Below, piece by piece: positions 29,094-39,319 of a stretch of 64,000 bases of DNA. The translations under genes and the position numbers were made by a program. This DNA comes from an uncultured delta proteobacterium (GTDB lineage Bacteria; Desulfobacterota; Syntrophia; Syntrophales; UBA2192): the NCBI GenBank assembly GCA_963705165.1, contig CAVPJD010000032.1:13754-77753 (forward strand), given 5' to 3'. The notes under the pieces were generated by a model. That model did not search any database. It was not told the DNA's origin and worked only from the letters and a program-made list of their open reading frames with translations. Numbering within the stretch: the first letter of the stretch is position 1; each line of letters starts with the position of its first letter.

Positions 29094-30141
29094 TACTGAC
29101 CTCCGCAATCGATGTCCCGTATTCCCTCGCGCCGTTCCGAAGCACGAGGGCGCCCCTCGGCAGCGACGGGTCCGTTTTCGCCGTGACGGGGCGGCTGCCG
29201 AAGCGGGCCTTCAGAAAGGCGCGATTCGCGCTGCCCATCCCGTTGAAGTTCGACAGGTCCGCCGGGGCCACGTGAAACTCCTGTCCGCTGTCGATGCCGC
29301 CGGCCTTCGAAATCAGCTCGAGGGCCATGTCCCTGAAGAGATCCGCTTCCACGAGGCTGCGAAAAGCCGGGTGCCAGGGGCCGGCAAGGATGCCCCCCTT
29401 TCTTTCCATCTCAGCCGTCGACTGCAGCCCCAGGCGTATGACGGGGATGCCGGATCGCGTGAATCGCACAAGTGCGACCTTACACCACGAGACGGCCTCA
29501 TCGAGGCTCAGAGGGAGAAAGTCTCCTCTCTCGTAAAGGCGGGCGAGTTCCGTGTCCCGGAAGACGAGAAGCGGGTGGATGCGGACGGTGTCGGGCCCGG
29601 TGCGGATCACTTCTGTAACGGATGCCTCGAATTTTTCCCGGCTCTCCCCGGGAAGCCCCGCCATGAGGTGGATGCCCGTCTCGAACCCCTTTTCTTTCAG
29701 AATCCCTACGGCCCTTCGGACATCCTCCGCGCTGTGCCCGCGCGCCGATTCCCGGAGGACCCCGTCGTCCATGGACTGGGCGCCGATCTCGACGGTACTC
29801 ACCCCCAACTTTTTCAGCGTGTCGAGCCAGGTCCCTTCGATGTCATCGGGGCGCGTGGAGAGGCGAATGGAGTGGACCGCACCCTCGACGATGAGCGCCC
29901 CGGCCATGCGAAGCAACTCCATCTGCTCCGCGCGGGCCATGCCGGTGAAACTTCCCCCGTAAAAGGCGATTTCGACGGGGCCGCTTCCCTTGCTCCCGGC
30001 GATGGTTGACCTCACCGTTTCGCGAAGGCCCTCTTCCGTGATCGCCTCGGCATTGCCCGAGATGATCCTCTCGTTGCAGAAGACGCATCGGTGCGGGCAG
30101 CCCCGGTTGCGGAGGAAGAAGGGAATGATGAGGGGTTTCAA
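29086..30141 (-). CDS. Elp3-like radical SAM protein
   Basis: GCPHRCVFCN, FYGGSFT, IRLSTRPD, AGPWHPAF. Confidence 0.88.
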   Translation of the reverse strand: MKPLIIPFFLRNRGCPHRCVFCNERIISGNAEAITEEGLRETVRSTIAGSKGSGPVEIAFYGGSFTGMARAEQMELLRMAGALIVEGAVHSIRLSTRPDDIEGTWLDTLKKLGVSTVEIGAQSMDDGVLRESARGHSAEDVRRAVGILKEKGFETGIHLMAGLPGESREKFEASVTEVIRTGPDTVRIHPLLVFRDTELARLYERGDFLPLSLDEAVSWCKVALVRFTRSGIPVIRLGLQSTAEMERKGGILAGPWHPAFRSLVEADLFRDMALELISKAGGIDSGQEFHVAPADLSNFNGMGSANRAFLKARFGSRPVTAKTDPSLPRGALVLRNGAREYGTSIAEVSIV

Positions 30142-30145
30142 ATTT

Positions 30146-30299
30146 GGTCTCTCCAGTCTCTCCGGTCTGTCCTGTCTGTCCCGTCTTTTTGGTCGTGGAG
30201 CCTGTAGCTCGTCGAAGCCTACAGTCTACAGTCGACAGCCTACAGTGAGGATTCATTGTTGGCTTTTCGCTTTTGGCTGCCGGCTGTCGGCTGTTGGCT
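30146..30299 (-). repeat. ACAGCCR/CTGTAGR inverted element (minus orientation) plus a nonamer array
   Basis: Reverse complement matches the 15645 and 49963 elements, including the spacer. Confidence 0.85.
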
Positions 30300-31061
30300 C
30301 GTAGCCACGCAACGGCCCTCACTCCTGCACTTCTTCACCGCCGTTCGGGCGGTTCGAAGTCTCTCGATCGCCTCCAGGGCCTTTTTGGCGGCGCGCTGCT
30401 CGGCTTCCTTCTTGTTGCGGCCCAGCCCCGCCGTGCTCACGATTTCCCCGATGCTCACCCTGATTTGGAAGACCTTGTCATGGTCAGGCCCGTACTCCCG
30501 GATGACACTGTACCTCGGGATGACCCGGAAGCGGTTCTGTGTGGTTTCCTGGAGGCTGGTCTTGTAATCGCGGTAAAAGACACCGGCAGCCCCCGTCTCC
30601 AGAAGGGGGTGGAATCTCTTTCCGATGAAGTCGAAGGCGCCCGCAAACCCCGTGTCACAGTATACGGCGGCGATGATGGCCTCGAAAGCGTTGGCCAGCA
30701 GGGAGCTCTTTGCTCTGCCGCCGGAGAGGTCTTCCCCTTTGCCGAGGAGGAGATAATCACCGACACAGAGTTCCCGGGCGAGCCCCGCCAGGGGCCTTTC
30801 GTTGACGATGGTGGAACGGATCTTGGAGAGATCCCCCTCGGTGCACTCCGGGAACTTCTTCACCAGCATGTCCGTGATGCACAGGGTGAGGACGGCGTCG
30901 CCGAGAAACTCGAGACGCTCGTTGTCCTGCAACACGAGGTCGGGGTTTTCGTTGGCGTAGGACCGGTGCGTGAGGGCGCAATCCAGAAAGGAGGGGTCTC
31001 TGAATTTGTACCCCAGGGCTTCCTCCAGTCCGGCAAGCTGTTCCATGCGCTCACTGTTCAT
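30240..31061 (-). CDS. rnc: Ribonuclease III (3' end uncertain; ORF reads into the repeat)
   Basis: ALTHRS, NERLEFLGD, DYKTSLQE, GPDHDK.F, KKEAEQRAA. Confidence 0.95.
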   Translation of the reverse strand: MNSERMEQLAGLEEALGYKFRDPSFLDCALTHRSYANENPDLVLQDNERLEFLGDAVLTLCITDMLVKKFPECTEGDLSKIRSTIVNERPLAGLARELCVGDYLLLGKGEDLSGGRAKSSLLANAFEAIIAAVYCDTGFAGAFDFIGKRFHPLLETGAAGVFYRDYKTSLQETTQNRFRVIPRYSVIREYGPDHDKVFQIRVSIGEIVSTAGLGRNKKEAEQRAAKKALEAIERLRTARTAVKKCRSEGRCVATSQQPTAGSQKRKANNESSL

Positions 31062-32379
31062 GGCAGACCCGGCCGGTTGCGATGCCGGCATCAGAGGATT
31101 CGATGATGACATCGACAAAACGGTTCATCATGCTCCTGCTCCCGCCCAGCAGGCATACCGGGATGTAATTGCCGGTGAACCCCTTCAGGCGGCCTGTTTT
31201 CCTGTCACGGCTCTGCTCGACGAGGACAACCTGCGTCGAGCCTGCAAAACGATTTACAAAGGCTTCCCGCTTGGCAAGCCCAAGGCCCCTGAGCACCGCC
31301 GCGCGCGCGGCCCTGACGTTTTCCTCCACTTTTCCGGGCATGCCCGATGCCGCCGTGCCCGGCCGCTCCGAGTAGGGGAAGACATGGAGGTAGGCCACCG
31401 GGAGCTCCCGGAGCAGGGCCATCGTGTTCTCGAATTCGTGATCCCCCTCTCCGGGGAATCCGGCCATGACATCGACGCCGATCGCAAGGTCGGGGATTTC
31501 CGAGACGAGCCGCTCGATCCGTTCCCTGAAACATTCCCGGTCGTAGTGCCTTCCCATGGCGGCAAGGATGCGGTCATCGCCGCTCTGAAGCGGGATGTGC
31601 AGGTGCCGGCACAGCCACGTCGAGTCCCGGAGGCATGCAATCAGCTCATCGGTCACCTCCATGGGTTCGATCGAGCTGAGCCTGAGCCTCCCGATCTGCC
31701 CCGCATCCCCGATCCGGCGCAGGAGCGATGGCATGTCCGAGGACGGGGTCAGATCCTGCCCCCATGCGCCGAGGTGGATTCCCGTGAGGACTATCTCGCG
31801 ATAGCCCGAGGCGGCCAGGGATGCGACGCGTTCAAGGACGCGATCCTCCGCCATGCTGCGGCTGGGCCCTCTTGCTTTCGGAACGATGCAGTAACTGCAC
31901 CGGGAATTGCACCCGTCCTGGATTTTGAGGAAAGCCCTCGTCCGTCCGGGAAAGCGATCGGGGGTGAGACCAGAGAACTGCCGGGCCTGCCCGATATCCC
32001 GGACAAACACGTCTGCAGGGCCTCCGTTCAGGGTCCCGACAAGCCCCGGGATAAGCTCTTTTTCGACGTTCCCTGCGACAAGGCGCACGTTGGGCAGCTC
32101 CTTGAGCAGATCCGGCGCCACCTGGGCATAGCAGCCTGTGACGATGACGGGCGCTCCGGGGCTGCGCCTTGCCGCCCTCCGGATGAGCTGTCGGGACTGG
32201 AAATCCGTCCGTGCCGTCACCGTGCAGGTGTTGATGATAAAGACATCGGCATCGGCGTCGAAGCCGACCACGGTGTGACCCAACTGCGTCAGGCGATCCG
32301 CCATGGCCGCCGATTCGCACTGGTTCACTTTGCAGCCCAGCGTTGCCAGGGCAACCCTTCTGGGCGATTCCACCGGCAT
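31051..32379 (-). CDS. mtaB: tRNA t6A37 methylthiotransferase
   Basis: TLGCKVNQCES, INTCTVT, RTRAFLKIQDGCNSRCSYC, HVFPYSERPGT. Confidence 0.93.
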   Translation of the reverse strand: MPVESPRRVALATLGCKVNQCESAAMADRLTQLGHTVVGFDADADVFIINTCTVTARTDFQSRQLIRRAARRSPGAPVIVTGCYAQVAPDLLKELPNVRLVAGNVEKELIPGLVGTLNGGPADVFVRDIGQARQFSGLTPDRFPGRTRAFLKIQDGCNSRCSYCIVPKARGPSRSMAEDRVLERVASLAASGYREIVLTGIHLGAWGQDLTPSSDMPSLLRRIGDAGQIGRLRLSSIEPMEVTDELIACLRDSTWLCRHLHIPLQSGDDRILAAMGRHYDRECFRERIERLVSEIPDLAIGVDVMAGFPGEGDHEFENTMALLRELPVAYLHVFPYSERPGTAASGMPGKVEENVRAARAAVLRGLGLAKREAFVNRFAGSTQVVLVEQSRDRKTGRLKGFTGNYIPVCLLGGSRSMMNRFVDVIIESSDAGIATGRVCHEQ

Positions 32380-32611
32380 GCTTCCATCCCGGCCTTGTTT
32401 GTCCTGGCTTTTGTTCATGGTCCTCACCGTGCCGAGCCGTCGCGGCGACCTCCCGATCGCTGCCTGAAGACGGGGGTGCATTCCCGTTTCGGCACGTTTC
32501 TTGAACTTAGCAATCTAGACTGGGGAATGTGCTTTGTCAAGGCGCAATAATTAGTGGATATCACAGAGGAATCGTGTTAATCAACCTTATACCGCACAAG
32601 GAGGGATCGCG

Positions 32612-32956
32612 ATGGATGCCATTGCCGGCTTCATGTCCGAAAATGGGGTAATCGTCCTTCTCATCATCCTTGCCGCCGTCGGTCTGTTCTGGCTCCTCAG
32701 CCGCTTCTTCAAGCTGACGCTCATCGTCGCCAGTGTCGTTCTGGTCCTGCTTGCCTTCCAGCACTTCGTCCCGTCCGGTGACCTGAAAACGAAATTCAAA
32801 GGGGTCGTCGACAAGGTCGTGGCCAAAGGGGGCGATTTCATGGAGAGCACCAAGGAGTTTTTCGCCGGCCAGAAGGGCAATCTGAATAAGCACATGGACG
32901 AAGCCCTGAAGACCGGCGATAAGAAGGAGGCGGACAGGGGAAGCAAGAAAAAGTGA
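32612..32956 (+). CDS. Hypothetical membrane protein (2 TM)
   Basis: AGGAGG RBS; hydrophobic N-half, Lys-rich tail. Confidence 0.75.
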   Translation: MDAIAGFMSENGVIVLLIILAAVGLFWLLSRFFKLTLIVASVVLVLLAFQHFVPSGDLKTKFKGVVDKVVAKGGDFMESTKEFFAGQKGNLNKHMDEALKTGDKKEADRGSKKK

Positions 32957-32960
32957 AAAA

Positions 32961-33077
32961 AGTGTCTGAGTGTTTAAGTGTCTTAGTGAAGAAAGAGAGG
33001 CAAGATAAAAGACCGACAATTGCCGAATCTTTCTTTCTCTTCACTCAAACACTCAGACACTTAAACACTTAGACACT
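32961..33077. repeat. Complete inverted AGTGTCTR/YAGACACT octamer element between convergent stops
   Basis: AGTGTCTGAGTGTTTAAGTGTCTTAGTGAAG...CTTCACTCAAACACTCAGACACTTAAACACTTAGACACT. Confidence 0.9.
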
Positions 33078-33084
33078 TTTTTAT

Positions 33085-33504
33085 TCAGAACAGGTCAATT
33101 GCCATGGCCCTGGCTGGACATGCCGTCACGCAGAACTCGCAGCCGTTGCAGCGTTCCGCGTCGAAGATGATTTTCGATGTCTTCGGGTCCGTGTAAAGTG
33201 CCTCGGTCGGGCAGAAGGCGACACAGGCCCCGCAGTGAACGCACTTGTCGGTATTCTGGGTTACGCTTTTCGAAAGGGGTTCCACACGGAGCCCCTTTTC
33301 TTTCATGAACCGCACCCCGGCGTCGAAATTCTCTTTCGTGCCGCTCAGCTCCAGGACCATAACACCTTCACGGCGGGGAAAGATCCTTGCCTTGAGTATG
33401 TTGAAATCCAGATCGTACGTCTTGGCGAGCTTGCACGCGATCGGCTGATCGACGATATCTGCGCTGTAGCGTATGACGACTTTTTTGGTTACTGTTTCTG
33501 TCAT
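33085..33504 (-). CDS. NIL domain + 2x[4Fe-4S] ferredoxin protein
   Basis: QPI..L...Y.L.FNILKA NIL domain; CVHCGACVAFCP and CNGCEFCVTACP. Confidence 0.9.
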   Translation of the reverse strand: MTETVTKKVVIRYSADIVDQPIACKLAKTYDLDFNILKARIFPRREGVMVLELSGTKENFDAGVRFMKEKGLRVEPLSKSVTQNTDKCVHCGACVAFCPTEALYTDPKTSKIIFDAERCNGCEFCVTACPARAMAIDLF

Positions 33505-33590
33505 TTTCTCATTCCTGCCTGTTTCACCCAACCTAAGTGATCACCCTGGGTTTGTCAAGGAGCTTCTCCCGGTTCCGGGCCGCCAGGGGC

Positions 33591-34058
33591 TCAGATGAGG
33601 GCCTTCCAGTCCATCAGCGGGAAGGTGACGTGAAGCGAGTGGTCGTCGTCGACAAGGTGGTAATCAAGGTTTTCGAAAACCTTTCCCGCGATGGCCTTCA
33701 CGGCGGCCGGCGGCACCACGTCATCGTTTCGCCCGTGAAAGAGCGACACGGGGACATTTACCCGCTTGCCCAGAAAACGCCCGAAGTCCGGGACGTGGAG
33801 GGCCGGCGCAAGCAGGATGACCCTTCTCACCCTGTTTTCGTTCTCGCAGGCATAAATGGCGGCCATGAGACCCCCGAAACTGGAGCCGACGAGGATCAAA
33901 TCCTTCAGGCCCGCCAGAAGCCGGTTGAGCTTTTTCATCCGCTCATCGAGGGGGCCGCTGAAATCCTCGATGATCATGTCGGGATAGCGCTCCCGGAAGA
34001 AGACCCCTTTTGCGCCCTGGCTGCTGCTTTCCAGCCCGTGAATGAACACCCGTGTCAT
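33591..34058 (-). CDS. Alpha/beta hydrolase (YqiA/YcfP-like)
   Basis: FIHGLES, GSSFGG, HGRNDDVV, DDDH. Confidence 0.85.
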   Translation of the reverse strand: MTRVFIHGLESSSQGAKGVFFRERYPDMIIEDFSGPLDERMKKLNRLLAGLKDLILVGSSFGGLMAAIYACENENRVRRVILLAPALHVPDFGRFLGKRVNVPVSLFHGRNDDVVPPAAVKAIAGKVFENLDYHLVDDDHSLHVTFPLMDWKALI

Positions 34059-34124
34059 CTTATACCCCCTGAAAGTGGCTAGCGTCTTATAACTGCTCGC
34101 GGAGATTTTATCAACCGCCTCAAT

Positions 34125-34218
34125 AGGGTACAGGGTACAGGGTACAGGGTACAGGGTACAGGGTACAGGGTACAGCACCTCTTAACCCTTGACCCTTAAC
34201 CCTGACCCCTGAACCCTG
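34125..34218. repeat. Empty inverted heptamer element: (AGGGTAC)x7 plus ACCCTNR arm
   Basis: Seven perfect AGGGTAC copies at 34125-34173. Confidence 0.92.
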
Positions 34219-34269
34219 CGTATTGTTGCTTTGTAAAGAGCGATATGCTAAACACCTTTTTTTCAGGAG

Positions 34270-35517
34270 GTGTCTATGGCACGGGTGATTCCGTTCAGGG
34301 CCGTGAGGCCGCAAAGGAAATATGCCGGCGAAGTGGCCTCGTTTCCTTACGATGTTCTCGACCGTGAAGAGGGGAGGGCAATCGTCCGGGATAACCCCCG
34401 AAACTTCCTGCGCGTGGAAAAATCCGAAATCGATGTCCCGGACGAGATCCGTGATGATGACCCCCGGGTCTTCGCCAGGGCCCGCGAGAATCTGCGGAAC
34501 TTCATCGGGGAGGGCATACTCTTCCAGGAAGACAAACCCTGTTTTTACGTATACAGGCAGAAGGCGGCGGGCCGCGAGCAATACGGACTCGTGGGCTGCG
34601 TGAGCGTGGCCGAGTATGAGGCGGGACTCATCAAGAAGCACGAACTCACCCGTGTCGACAAGGAAAACGAACGGGTGAATCACATCGAAACAGCGGGGGC
34701 TCAGACGGGGCTCGTCTTTCTTCTCTACCGCTCCAGAGAGGCGATCGACAGGATCATTGCCGCGATCATGAAAGCCCCCCCGGAGTATGATTTCACCACA
34801 CCGGACGGCGTTACCCACACGGCCTGGGTCGTCTGCGACGACGGGACCATCGATGAACTGAAACGGGAATTCTCGAAGGTGGAGTGCCTTTACATTGCAG
34901 ACGGGCATCACCGTGCGGCATCGGCTGCCACGGTGGCGCGGGCAAGGCGCGGGAGAAACGCGGCGCACAACGGGGCGGAGGAGTACAATACCTTTGTGGC
35001 CACCCTGTTCTCCCACGAGCAGCTCAAGATCCTGGACTACAACCGCGTCGTGAAGGATCTGCAGGGGATGACCGGGCAGGAATTCCTGCACCGGATCGGC
35101 GAGAAGTTCACCGTCATGCCCGGTTTCACAAAACGGTCGCCCTCGAGCCCCCATCAGTTCGGCATGTATCTCCAGGGAACCTGGTACCGGCTCGAGGTAA
35201 AACCGGCAATCTACGGAAAAGCCGATCTCATCGGGAAGCTCGACGTTTCCATCCTCCAGGATCATCTCCTGGGGTCCGTTCTCGGGATCAAGGACCCGCG
35301 GACGGATGACCGGATCAAGTTCGTCGGTGGGATCCGCGGAATGGACGAACTGGAGCGGATGGTGGATCAACTGGGCTATGCCGTGGCCTTCTCTCTTTGC
35401 CCCCCGGGGATTTCCGAGTTGATCCGCATTGCCGATGCGGGGATGATCATGCCCCCGAAATCCACCTGGTTCGAACCGAAGCTCAGAAGCGGGCTGTTTG
35501 TGCACCTTATAGACTAG
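34270..35517 (+). CDS. DUF1015 family protein
   Basis: PYDV, IKKHELTR, YIADGHHRAASA, MPPKSTWFEPKLRSGL; start may be 34276. Confidence 0.9.
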   Translation: MSMARVIPFRAVRPQRKYAGEVASFPYDVLDREEGRAIVRDNPRNFLRVEKSEIDVPDEIRDDDPRVFARARENLRNFIGEGILFQEDKPCFYVYRQKAAGREQYGLVGCVSVAEYEAGLIKKHELTRVDKENERVNHIETAGAQTGLVFLLYRSREAIDRIIAAIMKAPPEYDFTTPDGVTHTAWVVCDDGTIDELKREFSKVECLYIADGHHRAASAATVARARRGRNAAHNGAEEYNTFVATLFSHEQLKILDYNRVVKDLQGMTGQEFLHRIGEKFTVMPGFTKRSPSSPHQFGMYLQGTWYRLEVKPAIYGKADLIGKLDVSILQDHLLGSVLGIKDPRTDDRIKFVGGIRGMDELERMVDQLGYAVAFSLCPPGISELIRIADAGMIMPPKSTWFEPKLRSGLFVHLID

Positions 35518-35533
35518 GACTGCGGGTCGAGGT

Positions 35534-35632
35534 AGCCGACAGCCGACAGCCAACAGCCGACAGGATTGAGTTACATACGAATCTCTGCCCTCTTCTTTGG
35601 CTGTAGACTGTAGGCTGTAGGCTGTAGGCTGT
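35534..35632 (+). repeat. ACAGCCR/CTGTAGR inverted heptamer element
   Basis: Lies between DUF1015 and the methyltransferase. Confidence 0.85.
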
Positions 35633-35653
35633 GTAGCGAAACAGGCGGCACCG

Positions 35654-36418
35654 ATGGACCGATCCGATTCACTGATACGGGAAGACGAGACACTCGAGTC
35701 CCTTTTCGGGGGGCGGCTGAAGATTCTCCAGAAGAAAAAGGGTTACCGGTACACGATCGACTCCGTCCTGCTGGCCTATTTCGTTGAACCGAAAAAAAAG
35801 GATCGGATCCTCGAGCTTGGGGCCGGGAGCGGCGTGATCAGCCTTCTGCTGGCCTTCCGGCATCCCGGTGTCCAGGTGACGGGATTGGAGCTTCAGGCCG
35901 ATCTTGCCGATATGGCGGGGCGCAGTGTTTCCATCAATGGCCTCGAAGAACGAGTGAAGATGATCCGGGGGGATGCCCGGAAGGTCGCCGAATTCCTGGA
36001 AACCCGATCCCATGACGTCGCGATTTTCAATCCGCCCTATCGAAAGATGGGCTCGGGGCAGGTGAACCCTGCGTCGGAAAAGGCCCTGGCCCGGCACGAA
36101 ATTGCGGGATCCATTGCCGATTTCCTCAAGGCCGCTTCCCACGCGCTCGAACCAGGCGGCCGGGTTTGCATGATTTACCCCTGCTCGCGCATGGTGGAGG
36201 CCATCCATCGAATGAGAGCGGGGAAGATGGAACCGAAGAGGCTGCGCATGGTTCATTCACGGCCGGGATCGAGGGGCGATTTCGTCCTTGTGGAAGGAGT
36301 GAAAGGAGGCGGCGAGGAGCTGGCCGTTCTTCCGCCGCTGTTCATATATAAGGGAGGCGAAGGGTATTCGGAGGAACTGGAAGCACTGTTCAGAAATCTT
36401 TCCGACCCCGCAGGATAG
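35654..36418 (+). CDS. tRNA1(Val) A37 N6-methyltransferase family
   Basis: ELGAGSG, NPPY, ARHE, PKRLRMVH. Confidence 0.85.
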   Translation: MDRSDSLIREDETLESLFGGRLKILQKKKGYRYTIDSVLLAYFVEPKKKDRILELGAGSGVISLLLAFRHPGVQVTGLELQADLADMAGRSVSINGLEERVKMIRGDARKVAEFLETRSHDVAIFNPPYRKMGSGQVNPASEKALARHEIAGSIADFLKAASHALEPGGRVCMIYPCSRMVEAIHRMRAGKMEPKRLRMVHSRPGSRGDFVLVEGVKGGGEELAVLPPLFIYKGGEGYSEELEALFRNLSDPAG

Positions 36419-36884
36419 ACCGCGTCATTGTTTTTTGCAGGATCTCTTTCAGATCCGGGTCGGTCACGCCGGCGAGGGTTTCGCGGATGTAGTCGCTTTC
36501 TTCCGCCTTCAGATCGCGGGCGTCAAGCAGCACCTCCGGCTCGGCGTGTTTGACGCGCGGGGCCTCGACTTCGCCGATGAAGAACCGGATCTGCGAAACT
36601 TTCGTCCCGCCGAGGATCCCGTTGAGTTTCGAGATGATGTCCTGTTTCATGAACTGGAGTTCATGCATCCAGACGGAGTTGGCCACACGGACATAGAGCA
36701 CATCGTCTTTGAGCCTGTCCGGCTGGGCCTTGGCACCGATCTGCGGCCCCACGGCGCGATTCCAGGCGTCGGTGAGCGAACGGTCCTTCATGGGAACATG
36801 GAGGGCCTTCATTTTCAAGGCTTCGGGGAGGATCTCCCCGAGCAGCCGTGGTGTCGATGAGCCTTTTCGCCGCCTCATGACCAC
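36390..36884 (-). CDS. DUF721 / DciA-family protein
   Basis: W..AVG..I...AQP..L....LYV.V.NSVWMHELQFMK. Confidence 0.8.
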   Translation of the reverse strand: MVMRRRKGSSTPRLLGEILPEALKMKALHVPMKDRSLTDAWNRAVGPQIGAKAQPDRLKDDVLYVRVANSVWMHELQFMKQDIISKLNGILGGTKVSQIRFFIGEVEAPRVKHAEPEVLLDARDLKAEESDYIRETLAGVTDPDLKEILQKTMTRSILRGRKDF

Positions 36885-36973
36885 AACATGGCACAGGCGG
36901 ACGCGGCAGTCAAGGGGAGCAGGGTACAGGGTATAGGGTACAGGGTACAGGGGTAGCTAATACAGGTAATTGA

Positions 36974-37333
<360 letters not shown>

Positions 37334-37345
37334 CCGAGAGAAAGA

Positions 37346-37494
37346 AGTGTCTGAGTGAGAAGAAGTGTCTGAGTGTCTGAGTGAAGAAGGAAAAGCAAGA
37401 TCGAGGATGAAGAATTGCCGGGTTCTTTCTTCCTCTTCACTCAAGCACTCAGACACTTAGACACTTAGACACTTCTACACTGCCGCTTCGCGGC
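37346..37494 (+). repeat. Complete inverted AGTGTCTG octamer element plus GCCGCTTCGCGGC mini-hairpin
   Basis: Same arms and similar spacer (AATTGCCG..TCTTTCTT) as 32961-33077. Confidence 0.88.
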
Positions 37495-37521
37495 AAGACG
37501 GAATAGACGGAGAGGTATTTT

Positions 37522-39090
37522 ATGAATTCGGTTGTCGTCAAGGCCAACATGGTCGTTTTCATTGCCAGTTTCTGCACGCTCGTCATCGAACTCGTGGCGG
37601 GACGGATCATGGCGCCCTACGTGGGGGTTTCCCTGTACACGTGGACAAGCATCATCGGGGTCGTGCTTGCCGGGATCAGCATCGGCGCCTGGGTCGGCGG
37701 GACCCTTGCGGACCGCTATCCCCGCCCGGCAACCCTGGGGTGGCTGCTCTTTCTGTCGGGCATCGGCGCCCTGACCATCGCACCCCTGACGGACCTGATC
37801 GGAGCCGCGCCGCTCCAGACGACGCTGATGCTGCGCATCCTGCTGCTCACGACGGCCATCTTCTTTGTTCCCTCGATGCTCCTCGGCATGATCTCGCCCG
37901 TCGTGGTGAAGCTCACGCTGGACAACCTCAGCCGCACGGGAAACATCGTGGGAAAGATCTATGCCTTCTCCACCCTGGGCTCCATCATCGGGACCTTCGC
38001 CACGGGGTTCTTCCTCATCTCCTGGATGGGAACGCGCAGCATCCTGCTCACCATGGGGGCCATCCTGATCGTGTCTGCCTTCGTTTTCGGCGGGCTGTTC
38101 CTGAAGCGGAAGGCCGCTGTCATATCCGTCGTCGCAGTCGTCTCCGTCAGCGTTTTCCTCTTCACGATGTTCGGCTATGCCTACAAGCCCCTGCTTGACG
38201 AGAAGGTCTACTACTACAAGGAGAGCGACTACTTCACGATCAAGCTGATGAAATACCCCATCAAGGGCGGGACGGTCGAGGGGGAGGCCCTCATCCTGGA
38301 CAACCTGATCCACTCGATCAATGACGTGAACGACCCCGCTTTTCTCGATTACGACTACATCCGGATCTATGAAGAACTGGTCAGCTGGCAGATGAATAGC
38401 CGGTCATCCGTCGACGCGCTCTTCATCGGCGGGGGAGGGTACACCTTTCCCCGTTACATGGAGGCGAAATACGCCGGGGCGCGTATCGACGTCGTGGAGA
38501 TCGACCCGGAGGTTACCCGTGTCGTGTACGAATACCTGGGCCTGCCCCGCAGCACCACCATACGATCCTTCAACGAGGACGGCCGCTGGTTCGTCATGAA
38601 TTCGAAGGACAAGGGGCGCTACGACTTCATCTTCGGGGATGCCTTCAATGATATCTCCATCCCCTACCATCTGACGACGAAGGAATTCGCCCTGCAGATG
38701 AAGGCGCTCCTCAAGCCCGACGGGCTGCTCATCGCGAACCTCATCGACAGCGTCACCGAGGGGCTGTTCCTCCCGTCCTACATCCGGACACTCGAGGAGG
38801 TCTTCGGGAAGGGCAATGTGCACCTTCTCGTCCTGGCGCCGGAGCTTCGAAAGCTGGGGATTGCCACGTGCGTTGTTGTCGCGAGCCCGAAGAAGTGGGA
38901 TATGGAGGATTTCGCCCGCGTGATCGAGAGCAGGGGCGGGAAAGCCATGACCGCCAAAATCGTCCCCCAGGAGAGCCTCCAGCAGATCCTCCGCGAACGC
39001 CCTTCGGTGATCCTCACCGATGATTACGTCCCCGTGGACAACCTGACGGCCCCCATATTCGAGGCGAGGTACGGGTACAAGAAGAAGTGA
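37522..39090 (+). CDS. Fused membrane domain / spermidine synthase-like methyltransferase
   Basis: ELVAGR..APYVG.S.YTWT; IGGGGYTFPR, VEIDP, DAF, HLTTKEF, LTDDYVP. Confidence 0.88.
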   Translation: MNSVVVKANMVVFIASFCTLVIELVAGRIMAPYVGVSLYTWTSIIGVVLAGISIGAWVGGTLADRYPRPATLGWLLFLSGIGALTIAPLTDLIGAAPLQTTLMLRILLLTTAIFFVPSMLLGMISPVVVKLTLDNLSRTGNIVGKIYAFSTLGSIIGTFATGFFLISWMGTRSILLTMGAILIVSAFVFGGLFLKRKAAVISVVAVVSVSVFLFTMFGYAYKPLLDEKVYYYKESDYFTIKLMKYPIKGGTVEGEALILDNLIHSINDVNDPAFLDYDYIRIYEELVSWQMNSRSSVDALFIGGGGYTFPRYMEAKYAGARIDVVEIDPEVTRVVYEYLGLPRSTTIRSFNEDGRWFVMNSKDKGRYDFIFGDAFNDISIPYHLTTKEFALQMKALLKPDGLLIANLIDSVTEGLFLPSYIRTLEEVFGKGNVHLLVLAPELRKLGIATCVVVASPKKWDMEDFARVIESRGGKAMTAKIVPQESLQQILRERPSVILTDDYVPVDNLTAPIFEARYGYKKK

Positions 39091-39101
39091 CAGAAGCAAA
39101 A

Positions 39102-39209
39102 AGCCGACAGCCGAAAGAACAGCCAACAGCCAACAGCCAACAGCCAACAGATCCACACTTTATACTGTCTCTTTTGTACTGTAGGCTGTCGACTGTAGGC
39201 TGTAGGCTT
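39102..39209 (+). repeat. ACAGCCA/CTGTAGG inverted heptamer element
   Basis: Starts ~12 nt after the 39090 stop. Confidence 0.85.
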
Positions 39210-39319
39210 CGCGACACCAGCTTGGGTGAGCGATTGTCTGGAGCATTGCCTTCCGAGTCGTTATGGTGTAGATAGAAAAAGATGTCAAAACCAAGAAACA
39301 ATTGAACCGGGGCGCTGCC

